IMG/VR virus record: IMGVR_UViG_3300030107_006898
Coordinates: 1-55,589 of that record
DNA length: 55,589 bases
Origin: a virus
Taxonomy: Duplodnaviria; Caudoviricetes
Reading direction: 5' to 3' (one strand)
Shown: positions 34,387 to 42,744 of the stretch, in pieces
How positions within the stretch are numbered: the stretch's first letter is position 1
Layout of the letters: each line of letters begins with the position of its first letter
Made by a program: the position numbers and the translations under genes
The notes under the pieces: model-generated
What the model saw: only the letters and a program-made list of their open reading frames with translations
Databases searched by the model: none
Told to the model about the DNA's origin: nothing

Positions 34387-36862
34387 AGACCCAACTGCTA
34401 TGATTCCCTTTTCAGAGGGAGCGCCGGATGATGGCTTGCAGGTTGAAGAACTCCCGAGTGGAGAAGTTCTTGTTGGTGCTTTTACCCCAGCGAATGATGA
34501 GCCAGAATCTGAATTTGATCAAAATTTAGTAGAATTCATTGATCCGAGAGATCTCAGCTCATCCGCTTCCGAGCTTATCGATTACTTTGAATCTGACAAA
34601 GCTGGTCGTATGGAGTGGGAGCAGCGCTACAAAGATGGCCTCAAAACTTTAGATCCCGACGGCAATCTTCATGATGATGATGAGGAGAGAGCCATCCGTG
34701 GTCTGAGCCAAGTTGTTCATCCAATGATTGCTGAAGCTGCGACGCAGTTTCAATCCCGTGCCATCGCAGAACTTTATCCTTCTGGTGGCCCAGTGCGCAC
34801 AGTCATTGTCGGTGAGACAGATGACGAAGTTGATGCACAAGCGACACGTGTCAAAGAATATATGAATTATCAGATCACACAGGAGATGCCTGAGTTCTTT
34901 CCTGATCTTGATAAAATGCTATTTCATCTGCCCCTTGTTGGACAAACTTTCAAAAAGGTTTGGTTTGATCCATCACTTGACCGAGTAACAGCACGCTTTG
35001 TCCAGGCAGAAGACTTTGTTGTTTCCCCAGACAGCACAGATCTTAAAACCTCCCCTCGTTACACACACATAATTAAACTTTCTCGCAACGACTATAACAG
35101 ATTTGTCAAGGCTGGCTATTATGAGCCGCTTGATTTAACTTCTGTTGGGGCAGATGAAGATTCAAACACAGTCGAGGAGATTGAAGGAATCTCGGCTTAT
35201 GATGCGGAGCGTGATGATGGGACTGTCGTCCTGCTTGAGATGCACACGTATTATATGTTTGATGGTATTGATGGCGCAGACTCTTCAGATGACAATGCTG
35301 TTGCACTACCATATGTCATAACCATTGAGCAAAATTCAGAGAAGATAGTTTCTGTCCGCAGGAACTGGAATGAAGAGGATGAGCGCCAAGAAAAGAGAGA
35401 CTGGTTTGTCGAATACAAGTTTCTTCCTGGCCTTGGTTTTTACGGCTTTGGCCTGTATCATATTATTGGAGGTCTTGGAAAGGTCGCCACTGGATCACTT
35501 CGCGCTCTTTTAGATTCCGCTGCTTTCTCTAACATGCAAGGTGGTTTCAAGCTCAAAGGTCGCGTCCCCGGCGGCGAGATGGACATTGCCCCTGGAGAGT
35601 TTGTTGATCTTGACGCCACAGTTGACGATGTCAAAAAGGCAGTTATGCCGCTGCCTTTCAAAGAGCCTTCCAGCACACTCTTTCAGCTTCTAGGATTCAT
35701 TGTTGAGGCTGGGCAAAGGTTCGCTGCCATTGCTGATCTTAATGTTGGCGACGCCACAAACCAAGCTCCTGTCGGCACAACTGTTGCGTTGCTTGAACAG
35801 GGATCAAAAATATTCAGCGCGATCCACAAGAGGCTCCATGTCTCTCAGAGCGATGAATTTAAGATCATGGTCAGCCTCAACTCGATGCATCTCGAAGATG
35901 AGATGAAGTTTGCGAAGGCTGGTGTTTCGACTTTCATTCGTCGAGAAGATTTTGACGATCGCATTGATGTCATCCCGGTATCTGACCCAAACATCTTCAG
36001 CTCTACGCAACGCATTGCCCAAGCTCAAGCCATTCTTCAGATGGCCCAAAGTGCTCCGCAACTTCACGACATGTACGAAGCATACAAGCGGATGTACGAA
36101 GCTGTCCGAATTCAAAACACAGATGAAATTCTCATTGAACCAGCGAAAGCTGCGCAGCTAGATCCCGTCGATGAAAATATGGCTGTGTTGCTTGGCAAGC
36201 CAATCAAGGCATTCACTGAGCAGAATCACGAAGCTCATATCGCTGTTCACCTCCAGTTCATGAGTGATCCCTCGCTTGGTGGCAACCCAGCTGCAAAAGC
36301 ATTGCAACCAGTTCTAGTTGCTCACATTGCCGAGCACGTTGCGCTGCTTTATAGACTGCGAATGGAAAAAGCTATGGGCATTGATCTTCCCAAGCTGCCA
36401 GACATCAGAGATCCTAAGTTCAAGTTCAAAGACATACCGCAAGATGTTGATGATGCAATTGCCGAGCGAGCTGCAATGGTTGTTCAGCAAGTTCCTCAGA
36501 TGGAGCCAATAAAGGGCTTGGCTGGTTTGGCTGGTCAGCAACAAAATCCTCTGCAATATGCCAAACAGCTAGCGCAGCTTGAAGCAGATGCATTGATTGC
36601 AAGAACCGAAGCTGAAATCAAAGCTGATCAGGCCAAGGCGCAATCTGACATGTCAATTGATCAGGCCAAAGCACAGCAAAGCCTGCAAGCGCAAATGATG
36701 AAAATGCAAGCTGACCTTGAAGCCAAGATGGCGAAGCTGCAAGCTGAAGTTGAAATATCTCGTCAAAAAGCTGCTGCTGACATGCAGCTAGAGCAAACAA
36801 AAGCTGCCGCCGAAATTCAAGCTGACATTGCTAAAGATGCCCGCCAAGGAGAACTTTTATAA
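34379..36862 (+). CDS. Portal protein (P22-like, long coiled-coil C-terminus)
   Basis: After TerL; HPMIAEA..QFQ, FLPGLGFYGFGL, APVGTT.ALLE, PVSDPNI. Confidence 0.85.
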   Translation: MAKDPTAMIPFSEGAPDDGLQVEELPSGEVLVGAFTPANDEPESEFDQNLVEFIDPRDLSSSASELIDYFESDKAGRMEWEQRYKDGLKTLDPDGNLHDDDEERAIRGLSQVVHPMIAEAATQFQSRAIAELYPSGGPVRTVIVGETDDEVDAQATRVKEYMNYQITQEMPEFFPDLDKMLFHLPLVGQTFKKVWFDPSLDRVTARFVQAEDFVVSPDSTDLKTSPRYTHIIKLSRNDYNRFVKAGYYEPLDLTSVGADEDSNTVEEIEGISAYDAERDDGTVVLLEMHTYYMFDGIDGADSSDDNAVALPYVITIEQNSEKIVSVRRNWNEEDERQEKRDWFVEYKFLPGLGFYGFGLYHIIGGLGKVATGSLRALLDSAAFSNMQGGFKLKGRVPGGEMDIAPGEFVDLDATVDDVKKAVMPLPFKEPSSTLFQLLGFIVEAGQRFAAIADLNVGDATNQAPVGTTVALLEQGSKIFSAIHKRLHVSQSDEFKIMVSLNSMHLEDEMKFAKAGVSTFIRREDFDDRIDVIPVSDPNIFSSTQRIAQAQAILQMAQSAPQLHDMYEAYKRMYEAVRIQNTDEILIEPAKAAQLDPVDENMAVLLGKPIKAFTEQNHEAHIAVHLQFMSDPSLGGNPAAKALQPVLVAHIAEHVALLYRLRMEKAMGIDLPKLPDIRDPKFKFKDIPQDVDDAIAERAAMVVQQVPQMEPIKGLAGLAGQQQNPLQYAKQLAQLEADALIARTEAEIKADQAKAQSDMSIDQAKAQQSLQAQMMKMQADLEAKMAKLQAEVEISRQKAAADMQLEQTKAAAEIQADIAKDARQGELL

Positions 36863-37476
36863 TGGCTGATCAATACAACAATCCAACCAATCCAGACATG
36901 CAAAGCTACACTGCTGGCCCGCAAACTCCTGGAATCGGACCAGTGACAAATCAAGAGATGGACCAGTTCATGGACATGATGCCATCTCGTCAGGATGAAC
37001 TCCAGCAGCGAGCTTACCAGTCTTACATGGATGCACTACGCAGATTGCGTCAACAAGAGGATAAAGGTCTTGCTCCATCAGCAGCACCAGCTGCCGATGC
37101 TCAAAATAGACTTAATGAAATTCGCAGTGGCATGAATGCCGCCAGAGCTCAGATGCCTCCTGCGATTGACCTAGAGGACTATTTCAATCAGAGAAATGCA
37201 GGCATGGGATCAATGATTGGTCAACCAGTTGGTTCCGGGTCTACAAGCGATGCTGAATTCAGAGCTTACCAAAATGCTGTCCAATCAGGCCAGATGTCCC
37301 CGGCTGATGCAGCTTCTGCAGCTACTGGATTGCCAAACCCATTTAACCAAATGCCCCGTGCTGGTGGAGCACTTGGCGGTTTGGAAGGTGTGCAACCAGA
37401 TAAAGCTGTTGAGGATGCTATGCCTCTCGCAAATTTCCTCAAAAATTTATTCAACAAACAAGGAGCAGCACAATGA
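36862..37476 (+). CDS. Hypothetical low-complexity protein
   Basis: TAATG-coupled to portal; contains GGALGGL. Confidence 0.6.
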   Translation: MADQYNNPTNPDMQSYTAGPQTPGIGPVTNQEMDQFMDMMPSRQDELQQRAYQSYMDALRRLRQQEDKGLAPSAAPAADAQNRLNEIRSGMNAARAQMPPAIDLEDYFNQRNAGMGSMIGQPVGSGSTSDAEFRAYQNAVQSGQMSPADAASAATGLPNPFNQMPRAGGALGGLEGVQPDKAVEDAMPLANFLKNLFNKQGAAQ

Positions 37477-37640
37477 ATTGGCTTAAAGAACGGATTGTTG
37501 AACCTACAACTTGGATTTCTGTCGGGGTTGGTGCCGTCATCTTGTCGATGGCCCTGCCAAAAGCCGCAGTTTTCTTTTTAATCGCCGCAGCTGTCACAGT
37601 TGGTCTCGGTATTTTTATGAAGGAAAAAGGCAATGGCTGA
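37473..37640 (+). CDS. Small two-TM membrane protein, holin-like (55 aa, not in track)
   Basis: MNWLKERIVEPTTW..., two hydrophobic helices. Confidence 0.6.
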   Translation: MNWLKERIVEPTTWISVGVGAVILSMALPKAAVFFLIAAAVTVGLGIFMKEKGNG

Positions 37641-37884
37641 TGATGTTGTTGACATGGCTGCTATGTTTGAAGCCAAGATGGGTTTCTCAGCTGAAGATGT
37701 TCCGCTTAATGATGAGCAGCTATCAAACTTCCTGATGCTTTGTCAAGAAACCATGCTTAAAGAATCTGGCATGATGGAAGATGAAGAGATGATGGAGGAC
37801 GATGTTGAAGTCCGAGTTATTAAAGTTCACGATGGCGACATCCATGGAATGATGGACAAGGTGCTGAAAGGACACAGCTACTGA
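37633..37884 (+). CDS. Small acidic protein
   Basis: Coupled in operon. Confidence 0.6.
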   Translation: MADDVVDMAAMFEAKMGFSAEDVPLNDEQLSNFLMLCQETMLKESGMMEDEEMMEDDVEVRVIKVHDGDIHGMMDKVLKGHSY

Positions 37885-38072
37885 TGGCAGAAAAGTTGAC
37901 GAAAAAACAGAAGATTGCCAAGCTCAAGAAGCAGAAGCCATCTCTCTATCGCAACATCAACCTAAAGAAACTTGGTGCAGGGAAAACTAAGAAAAAGCGC
38001 AAGGTTGGTTCCAAAGGTGCCCCGGCAAAAGGTGCTTTCAAACGTGCAGCAAAAACTGCGAAGAAACGATGA
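37884..38072 (+). CDS. Small Lys-rich protein
   Basis: LY.NI..K...G.KGAP....F..AAKTAK. Confidence 0.7.
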   Translation: MAEKLTKKQKIAKLKKQKPSLYRNINLKKLGAGKTKKKRKVGSKGAPAKGAFKRAAKTAKKR

Positions 38073-38221
38073 AAAAGTCTGTTTCCGCTCCAAAAGGTTT
38101 CCACTGGATGAAATCAGGCAAAGGTTTTAAGCTGATGAAAAATCCAGCTGGTGGTTATAAGCCGCACAAAGGTGCAAGTCTTAAGGCATCATTTCCTGTC
38201 CAGCAGGTTCATAAAAAATAA
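38069..38221 (+). CDS. Small Lys-rich protein (50 aa, not in track)
   Basis: MKKSVSAPKGFHWMK...; ATGA and TAATG coupling. Confidence 0.7.
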   Translation: MKKSVSAPKGFHWMKSGKGFKLMKNPAGGYKPHKGASLKASFPVQQVHKK

Positions 38222-38478
38222 TGGCAACTTACAAAGGCAAAAAAGTTTCTCTGAATAAACCTCGCCGCATAAGCAAAGGCGAAACAAGCTATGGGAAAAA
38301 GAAATCTGTTGTCTATGTTATGGATGGCAGTAAAGTTAAGCGTGTGACTTTCGGCGATCCGAACATGCGCATCAAGAAAAATCAAAAAGGTCGCAGGAGC
38401 AACTTCAGGTCTCGTCACAATTGTGACAACCCCGGACCAAAGACAAAAGCACGTTATTGGTCTTGCAAAGCGTGGTAA
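38221..38478 (+). CDS. Small basic protein
   Basis: V.FGDP.M, RR.NFR.RH.C, ARYWSC..W. Confidence 0.75.
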   Translation: MATYKGKKVSLNKPRRISKGETSYGKKKSVVYVMDGSKVKRVTFGDPNMRIKKNQKGRRSNFRSRHNCDNPGPKTKARYWSCKAW

Positions 38479-38488
38479 GGAGTCAACT

Positions 38489-38590
38489 ATGAACTATGGA
38501 AAAAAGCGATCCGAAAACAAAAAGGCTTTGAAGAAGAAAAAAGTCATGAAGAGAAAGAAGCCAATGCGCAAAGGCATGCGTAAATATTAA
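38489..38590 (+). CDS. Very small Lys/Arg-rich peptide (33 aa, not in track)
   Basis: AAGGAG RBS; MNYGKKRSENKKALKKKKVMKRKKPMRKGMRKY. Confidence 0.55.
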   Translation: MNYGKKRSENKKALKKKKVMKRKKPMRKGMRKY

Positions 38591-38733
38591 TGCCTGTTCG
38601 TAAGGTCAAAGGCGGGTATAGATGGGGCAAGTCTGGCAAAGTCTACAAGACCAAGGCAGCAGCCGAGCGTCAGGCTCGCGCCATCTACGCATCTGGCTAT
38701 AAAGGGAAAAGGAAAAATGGCAGGAAAGGGTAA
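38590..38733 (+). CDS. Small basic protein (47 aa, not in track)
   Basis: TAATG coupling; MPVRKVKGGYRWGKSGKVY...AERQARAIYASGY. Confidence 0.65.
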   Translation: MPVRKVKGGYRWGKSGKVYKTKAAAERQARAIYASGYKGKRKNGRKG

Positions 38734-39496
38734 ATTCGGAAAATTTGTAGAGGAACAAGCAAGCGGTGCTCTTGATTCTCTTTCTGATACTATTTCAAGT
38801 GTCTTGCCAGATAATATTTTTGATCTCCCGAGCTTTAAAGAGGCAACCAGAGCTTTCAAAAAATCACAAATTGATGAAAGTGAAGGTTATTCAACAGGCG
38901 AGTTCAAATATGATAATTCTGAGTTAGATGCAGAGCAAATTTCAACACACTCTTTGGATGCCGGAGATGATTTGCAACTTATAAACTATGATGAAAGTGG
39001 ATATGGTGGAGCTTTAAAAGATTGGTATGATGGCAAAATCGAGCTGGAAAATTTTGCTGAACATAATAATTTTGGTGGGATGGGGTCTGAATACCTTCCA
39101 CAAACTAATTATCCTTTAGATCCAGTGTCTCATATTATAAGAGACCTTGAATTTAATTATAACATGTCTAAAGATGAAATAATTGATTATTTTGAAAAAA
39201 ATAATGCACTTCCGAAAGATTTTGGCCCGAGAAATGTGGAGTCTTTGTCTGATGAAGAGTTAGACGATATTCTAATGAAGGGAGTTTTTCGTCTTTCTGT
39301 TGATCCCGAAACAGGATCAGTCACCACCAAAATGATGGAACAAACTCCAGAAATTGCTATGATTAAAGAAGCATTTCGTTCTGGTGATCCAAACAACCCA
39401 ATCGTTAAAAATATTCGTGGCGCTCTTGCTGATCTTGCAGATGAAGATGGTCTTGCTGAAGTTACGCCAGATATGATTTATGGGAAACCAAACTAG
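38717..39496 (+). CDS. MAGKGK-leader cassette 1, acidic unknown payload
   Basis: MAGKGKFGKFVEEQASGALDSLSD. Confidence 0.75.
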   Translation: MAGKGKFGKFVEEQASGALDSLSDTISSVLPDNIFDLPSFKEATRAFKKSQIDESEGYSTGEFKYDNSELDAEQISTHSLDAGDDLQLINYDESGYGGALKDWYDGKIELENFAEHNNFGGMGSEYLPQTNYPLDPVSHIIRDLEFNYNMSKDEIIDYFEKNNALPKDFGPRNVESLSDEELDDILMKGVFRLSVDPETGSVTTKMMEQTPEIAMIKEAFRSGDPNNPIVKNIRGALADLADEDGLAEVTPDMIYGKPN

Positions 39497-39687
39497 TGGC
39501 CAGAGCTAAAATCAAAAAAGTCGCTGCTGCAGAGATTCGCGCTGCCAAGAAGTTCCTTGAGCGCCGTGGTTTGAAAACCAAAGATCTTTCGCCGCGCAAG
39601 TTTGCTCAAGCAGCCAAGGAGCTTGATGAGTCGTTCAATGACACGCTGAATATCCTCGCGCAAGAAATACAAGGTGGCCAAGGCTGA
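39496..39687 (+). CDS. Small basic protein
   Basis: GTG start overlapping previous TAG; stop overlaps next ATG. Confidence 0.6.
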   Translation: MARAKIKKVAAAEIRAAKKFLERRGLKTKDLSPRKFAQAAKELDESFNDTLNILAQEIQGGQG

Positions 39688-40265
39688 TGGCTGGCAAAGG
39701 CAAATTCGGAAAATTTCTTGAGGGCAAAGCACATGGGGCTTTGGGAGAACTGACGGATGTGTTTACATCTAAAGATGTTCCTGTTGATGAAAGTAGAAGA
39801 ACTTTCATAAAGGGAGCAGCAGTTACCCCTATTTTTGCTGGTGGCGCATTGGCTGGAATTAAAGTTGGAGCTAAGCTGGTCGATGACATTTTACCAGTAG
39901 CATCCAAATCAGCTCCAAAGCTACCACAGTCAATATTTGACCTCCCAAGTTTTAAATCTGTTGATGCCGCATTTGAAAAAGTATTTCCTTCCGGAGAAGA
40001 ATCATTCGGATTTGGAACTGATTCTCTTTTAGCAGAAATGTCTGACTTTTCAGAAAAATATTTCTTGTCTTCGATGTCTTCTGGTGATCTTTCTAAACTT
40101 TTGAAAGAGGGTGGAGGAGAAGCAGCTATAGATCCATTAACTCCTATAATAAAAGAGCTTGAAGAAAAAGGTCTTAGCAAGTCTGAAATGGCAGAATATC
40201 TTTTTAGAAATGATGCTTATGATCCTAGCGAAGAAGCTAAAAAAGTTTTAGGACTGGTTGATTAA
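39687..40265 (+). CDS. MAGKGK-leader cassette 2 with twin-arginine motif
   Basis: Leader plus SRRTFIK and hydrophobic stretch. Confidence 0.75.
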   Translation: MAGKGKFGKFLEGKAHGALGELTDVFTSKDVPVDESRRTFIKGAAVTPIFAGGALAGIKVGAKLVDDILPVASKSAPKLPQSIFDLPSFKSVDAAFEKVFPSGEESFGFGTDSLLAEMSDFSEKYFLSSMSSGDLSKLLKEGGGEAAIDPLTPIIKELEEKGLSKSEMAEYLFRNDAYDPSEEAKKVLGLVD

Positions 40266-40879
40266 TGGCTGGCAAAGGCAAATTCGGAAAATTTATTGAA
40301 GGCAAAGCTCGTGGAGCTTTGGAAAATCTTTCTGATGTGTTTACATCTAAAGATGCCCCTGTTGATGAAAGCAGAAGGCAATTCATAAAACAAGCACCTG
40401 TTGCAACAGCAGGAGGGGCAGGTGCCTTAGCTGGTCTCGGAACAGCAACAGCACTAGGAGCTAAAGCTCTTTTTTCACAAGGCAAATTTGATGATATCTT
40501 AGCCAAAATTAAAGATTCGTTTGACCCAGATGCATATGACGATATTTATTCCGCTGGTGAAACTTTGCAGAAAAAATTAGGAATTGATGATAGCGAATTT
40601 GCCAAAATCTCTGAAGAAACTACAGCAATGGATGATGCATTGTATTATCAAGATTTAAATATAGATAATATGAATTCTTCTGAGGTTGCAGAATTGGTCA
40701 GGAATTCTATTGATGATATTTTTGAAAGTTTGATTTGGGATCATAAGAAAGGAAGAGGAGAGAACCCTATGGTTTTGGTAGATGAGTTCAAAATTCCAGC
40801 ATTTAAATTAGAAGTCGAGAAAAATTTTCCTAATCTTGATCAAGATGAAGTAGATGATTTGGCAAAGAGATTGTTCTGA
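40265..40879 (+). CDS. MAGKGK-leader cassette 3 with twin-arginine motif
   Basis: Leader plus SRRQFIK and Ala/Gly stretch. Confidence 0.75.
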   Translation: MAGKGKFGKFIEGKARGALENLSDVFTSKDAPVDESRRQFIKQAPVATAGGAGALAGLGTATALGAKALFSQGKFDDILAKIKDSFDPDAYDDIYSAGETLQKKLGIDDSEFAKISEETTAMDDALYYQDLNIDNMNSSEVAELVRNSIDDIFESLIWDHKKGRGENPMVLVDEFKIPAFKLEVEKNFPNLDQDEVDDLAKRLF

Positions 40880-41352
40880 TGGACGCAAAAAGATTTCTTA
40901 GCAATTTGTCCGAAAAAGCCTCTGAAGGAATGCCACCTTTAGAAATTGATCTTGGTGCTCTAGGGAAGTTGACTCCAAAAATTGACATCTCTGGTGGGTA
41001 TTCTTCAAAAGATATCCCAGTTGAGCTTCCGGGTGGTTTGGTCAAAATAGGCGACACTCTTTTCAGAGCAGGTGGCAAGGTTGGTTTTGATTTGGAAACA
41101 CCTTCTGGCTATCAAGTTGGTGGCGGTGTTCAAGGTGGGTATGCCAGAGGACAAATAGAGTTCCCGAAAGAGCTTCAAGAATTTGGAACTCCTGAATCCC
41201 AATCATATGGAACTCGCGGTGTGGATGTTCAGTCTTATAATGCATATTTGAATACACCATCCGGTTTAGGCTTTTACGGAAACTACTCCCCAGAGACAGA
41301 ATTTTCTGATCCAAGATATAGTGCTGGCATTCGTTACAAGGCTAAATTCTGA
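40879..41352 (+). CDS. Beta-barrel-like protein without signal peptide
   Basis: Alternating Gly/aromatic strands; ends YSAGIRYKAKF. Confidence 0.55.
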   Translation: MDAKRFLSNLSEKASEGMPPLEIDLGALGKLTPKIDISGGYSSKDIPVELPGGLVKIGDTLFRAGGKVGFDLETPSGYQVGGGVQGGYARGQIEFPKELQEFGTPESQSYGTRGVDVQSYNAYLNTPSGLGFYGNYSPETEFSDPRYSAGIRYKAKF

Positions 41353-41783
41353 TGGCAGGAAAAGGCAAAATAGGAAAATTTCTTGAGGGCCAAGCTCGTG
41401 GAGCTTTGGGAGAACTGACGGATGTTTTAAGTTTCTCTGATGCAAAACAAAAAAGAGATTTCAGTGCATTGCCGGAAGATGTCAAGTATCAATCTGCACA
41501 CTCTCTCCAACAACCTTTAATTACTAAAGATCGAAACATACATGAACTTGCTTCGGAGATTGCATCAAGAGGTGTAGGTAGGTCTGAGAGTGGAGTTGCA
41601 ATTAACACACCATCTGAGAAAGAACTTATGGGATTGATATTGGAACAAATGGAATCTATGTCTGCTTTGGGAAAAAGTATTCGTGAAAAAGGACACGACC
41701 ACCCAGAAACTAAAGCAATCATAAATCGAACTAATGAGCTATATAAGATAATAAATGATTTCGGCGATACATTGGGCGAGTAA
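41352..41783 (+). CDS. MAGKGK-leader cassette 4, helical unknown payload
   Basis: MAGKGKIGKFLEGQARGALGELTD. Confidence 0.75.
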   Translation: MAGKGKIGKFLEGQARGALGELTDVLSFSDAKQKRDFSALPEDVKYQSAHSLQQPLITKDRNIHELASEIASRGVGRSESGVAINTPSEKELMGLILEQMESMSALGKSIREKGHDHPETKAIINRTNELYKIINDFGDTLGE

Positions 41784-42505
41784 TGGCTGGCAAAGGTAAA
41801 ATTGGGCGCAGCATTGAAAAGGCAATAGCGGATCTCCCGGACGCTGCTCGTAGATGGCTCAATTCTTTAAGTGACGAAAAAATTTCCGCATCCTCTGGTG
41901 AAGTTAAGCCTTCTGAATGGCCGGAGTTTGTTGACAAGCTCAAAAATGTTTACACTGAAGCGCCATTTGCGTTTTCTCAATACGAGCCAAATGTTTTGAA
42001 AGAGGCGATTGCCGAATCCGCAGATGGCCTTTCTGACATTGCTCTGATAAGCCCTAAAGATTTCCGTATGCTTGCTGCAAGAAATCTTGAACAGTGGATG
42101 GAGGGTGGTAAATATTATTCACCAGATGATCCTATCACTCAAGACATTTTCAGCAAAATAAATAAATATGCTGATATGTATGAAGATGGAATTCAATTTG
42201 ATGATATTCCTCGTCTTGAAGTTGACCAGCCATTTGAAGGTGTTGCTCAAGTTGTTGGTCATGAAGGTCGGCACAGAATCCGTGGTCAAGAGAAACTTGG
42301 GACAGAAACAGCTTTAATAAAAATTTTAAGACAAAGAGATTATGATCTTAAAGGCTCCGATGATGTTTTGCACACAGAAATGAGTCACCACCAGCCAGCC
42401 TCTGAAGGTGGTGGTCAATCTTATAAGCCTTCAGCTGAGGTTTTGAAGTTTTTAAGCCTTGGTGCTGGTGTTGGTGCGCTTGGAAATTTGGTTGAAGATA
42501 GATGA
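41783..42505 (+). CDS. MAGKGK-leader cassette 5, ParB/Srx-like domain
   Basis: IPRLEV...VVGHEGRHR; C-terminal GALGNL. Confidence 0.6.
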   Translation: MAGKGKIGRSIEKAIADLPDAARRWLNSLSDEKISASSGEVKPSEWPEFVDKLKNVYTEAPFAFSQYEPNVLKEAIAESADGLSDIALISPKDFRMLAARNLEQWMEGGKYYSPDDPITQDIFSKINKYADMYEDGIQFDDIPRLEVDQPFEGVAQVVGHEGRHRIRGQEKLGTETALIKILRQRDYDLKGSDDVLHTEMSHHQPASEGGGQSYKPSAEVLKFLSLGAGVGALGNLVEDR

Positions 42506-42744
42506 TTGTTGGATGGATAATTTTAATTCTTATGGTTTCCCCTGGTGGAAATAAACATGATGCTGTTGAGGTCTCCCACAGAATGGGTAAGCCGCTTGTT
42601 TTTAAAACAAAAGAAGATTGCGAAAATCATGTTATGAACAATTCATTTTATTTGACAGCTTTTGCTCTTAGCCAATTTGATTCTAGAATTTCTGTTGATA
42701 AAATTGCTTGCATAAAAAAAGTTCTTAAAGGAAGCACTCTTTAA
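42502..42744 (+). CDS. Small exported-type Cys-containing protein
   Basis: Hydrophobic N-terminus; F.TKEDC...AC. Confidence 0.55.
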   Translation: MIVGWIILILMVSPGGNKHDAVEVSHRMGKPLVFKTKEDCENHVMNNSFYLTAFALSQFDSRISVDKIACIKKVLKGSTL

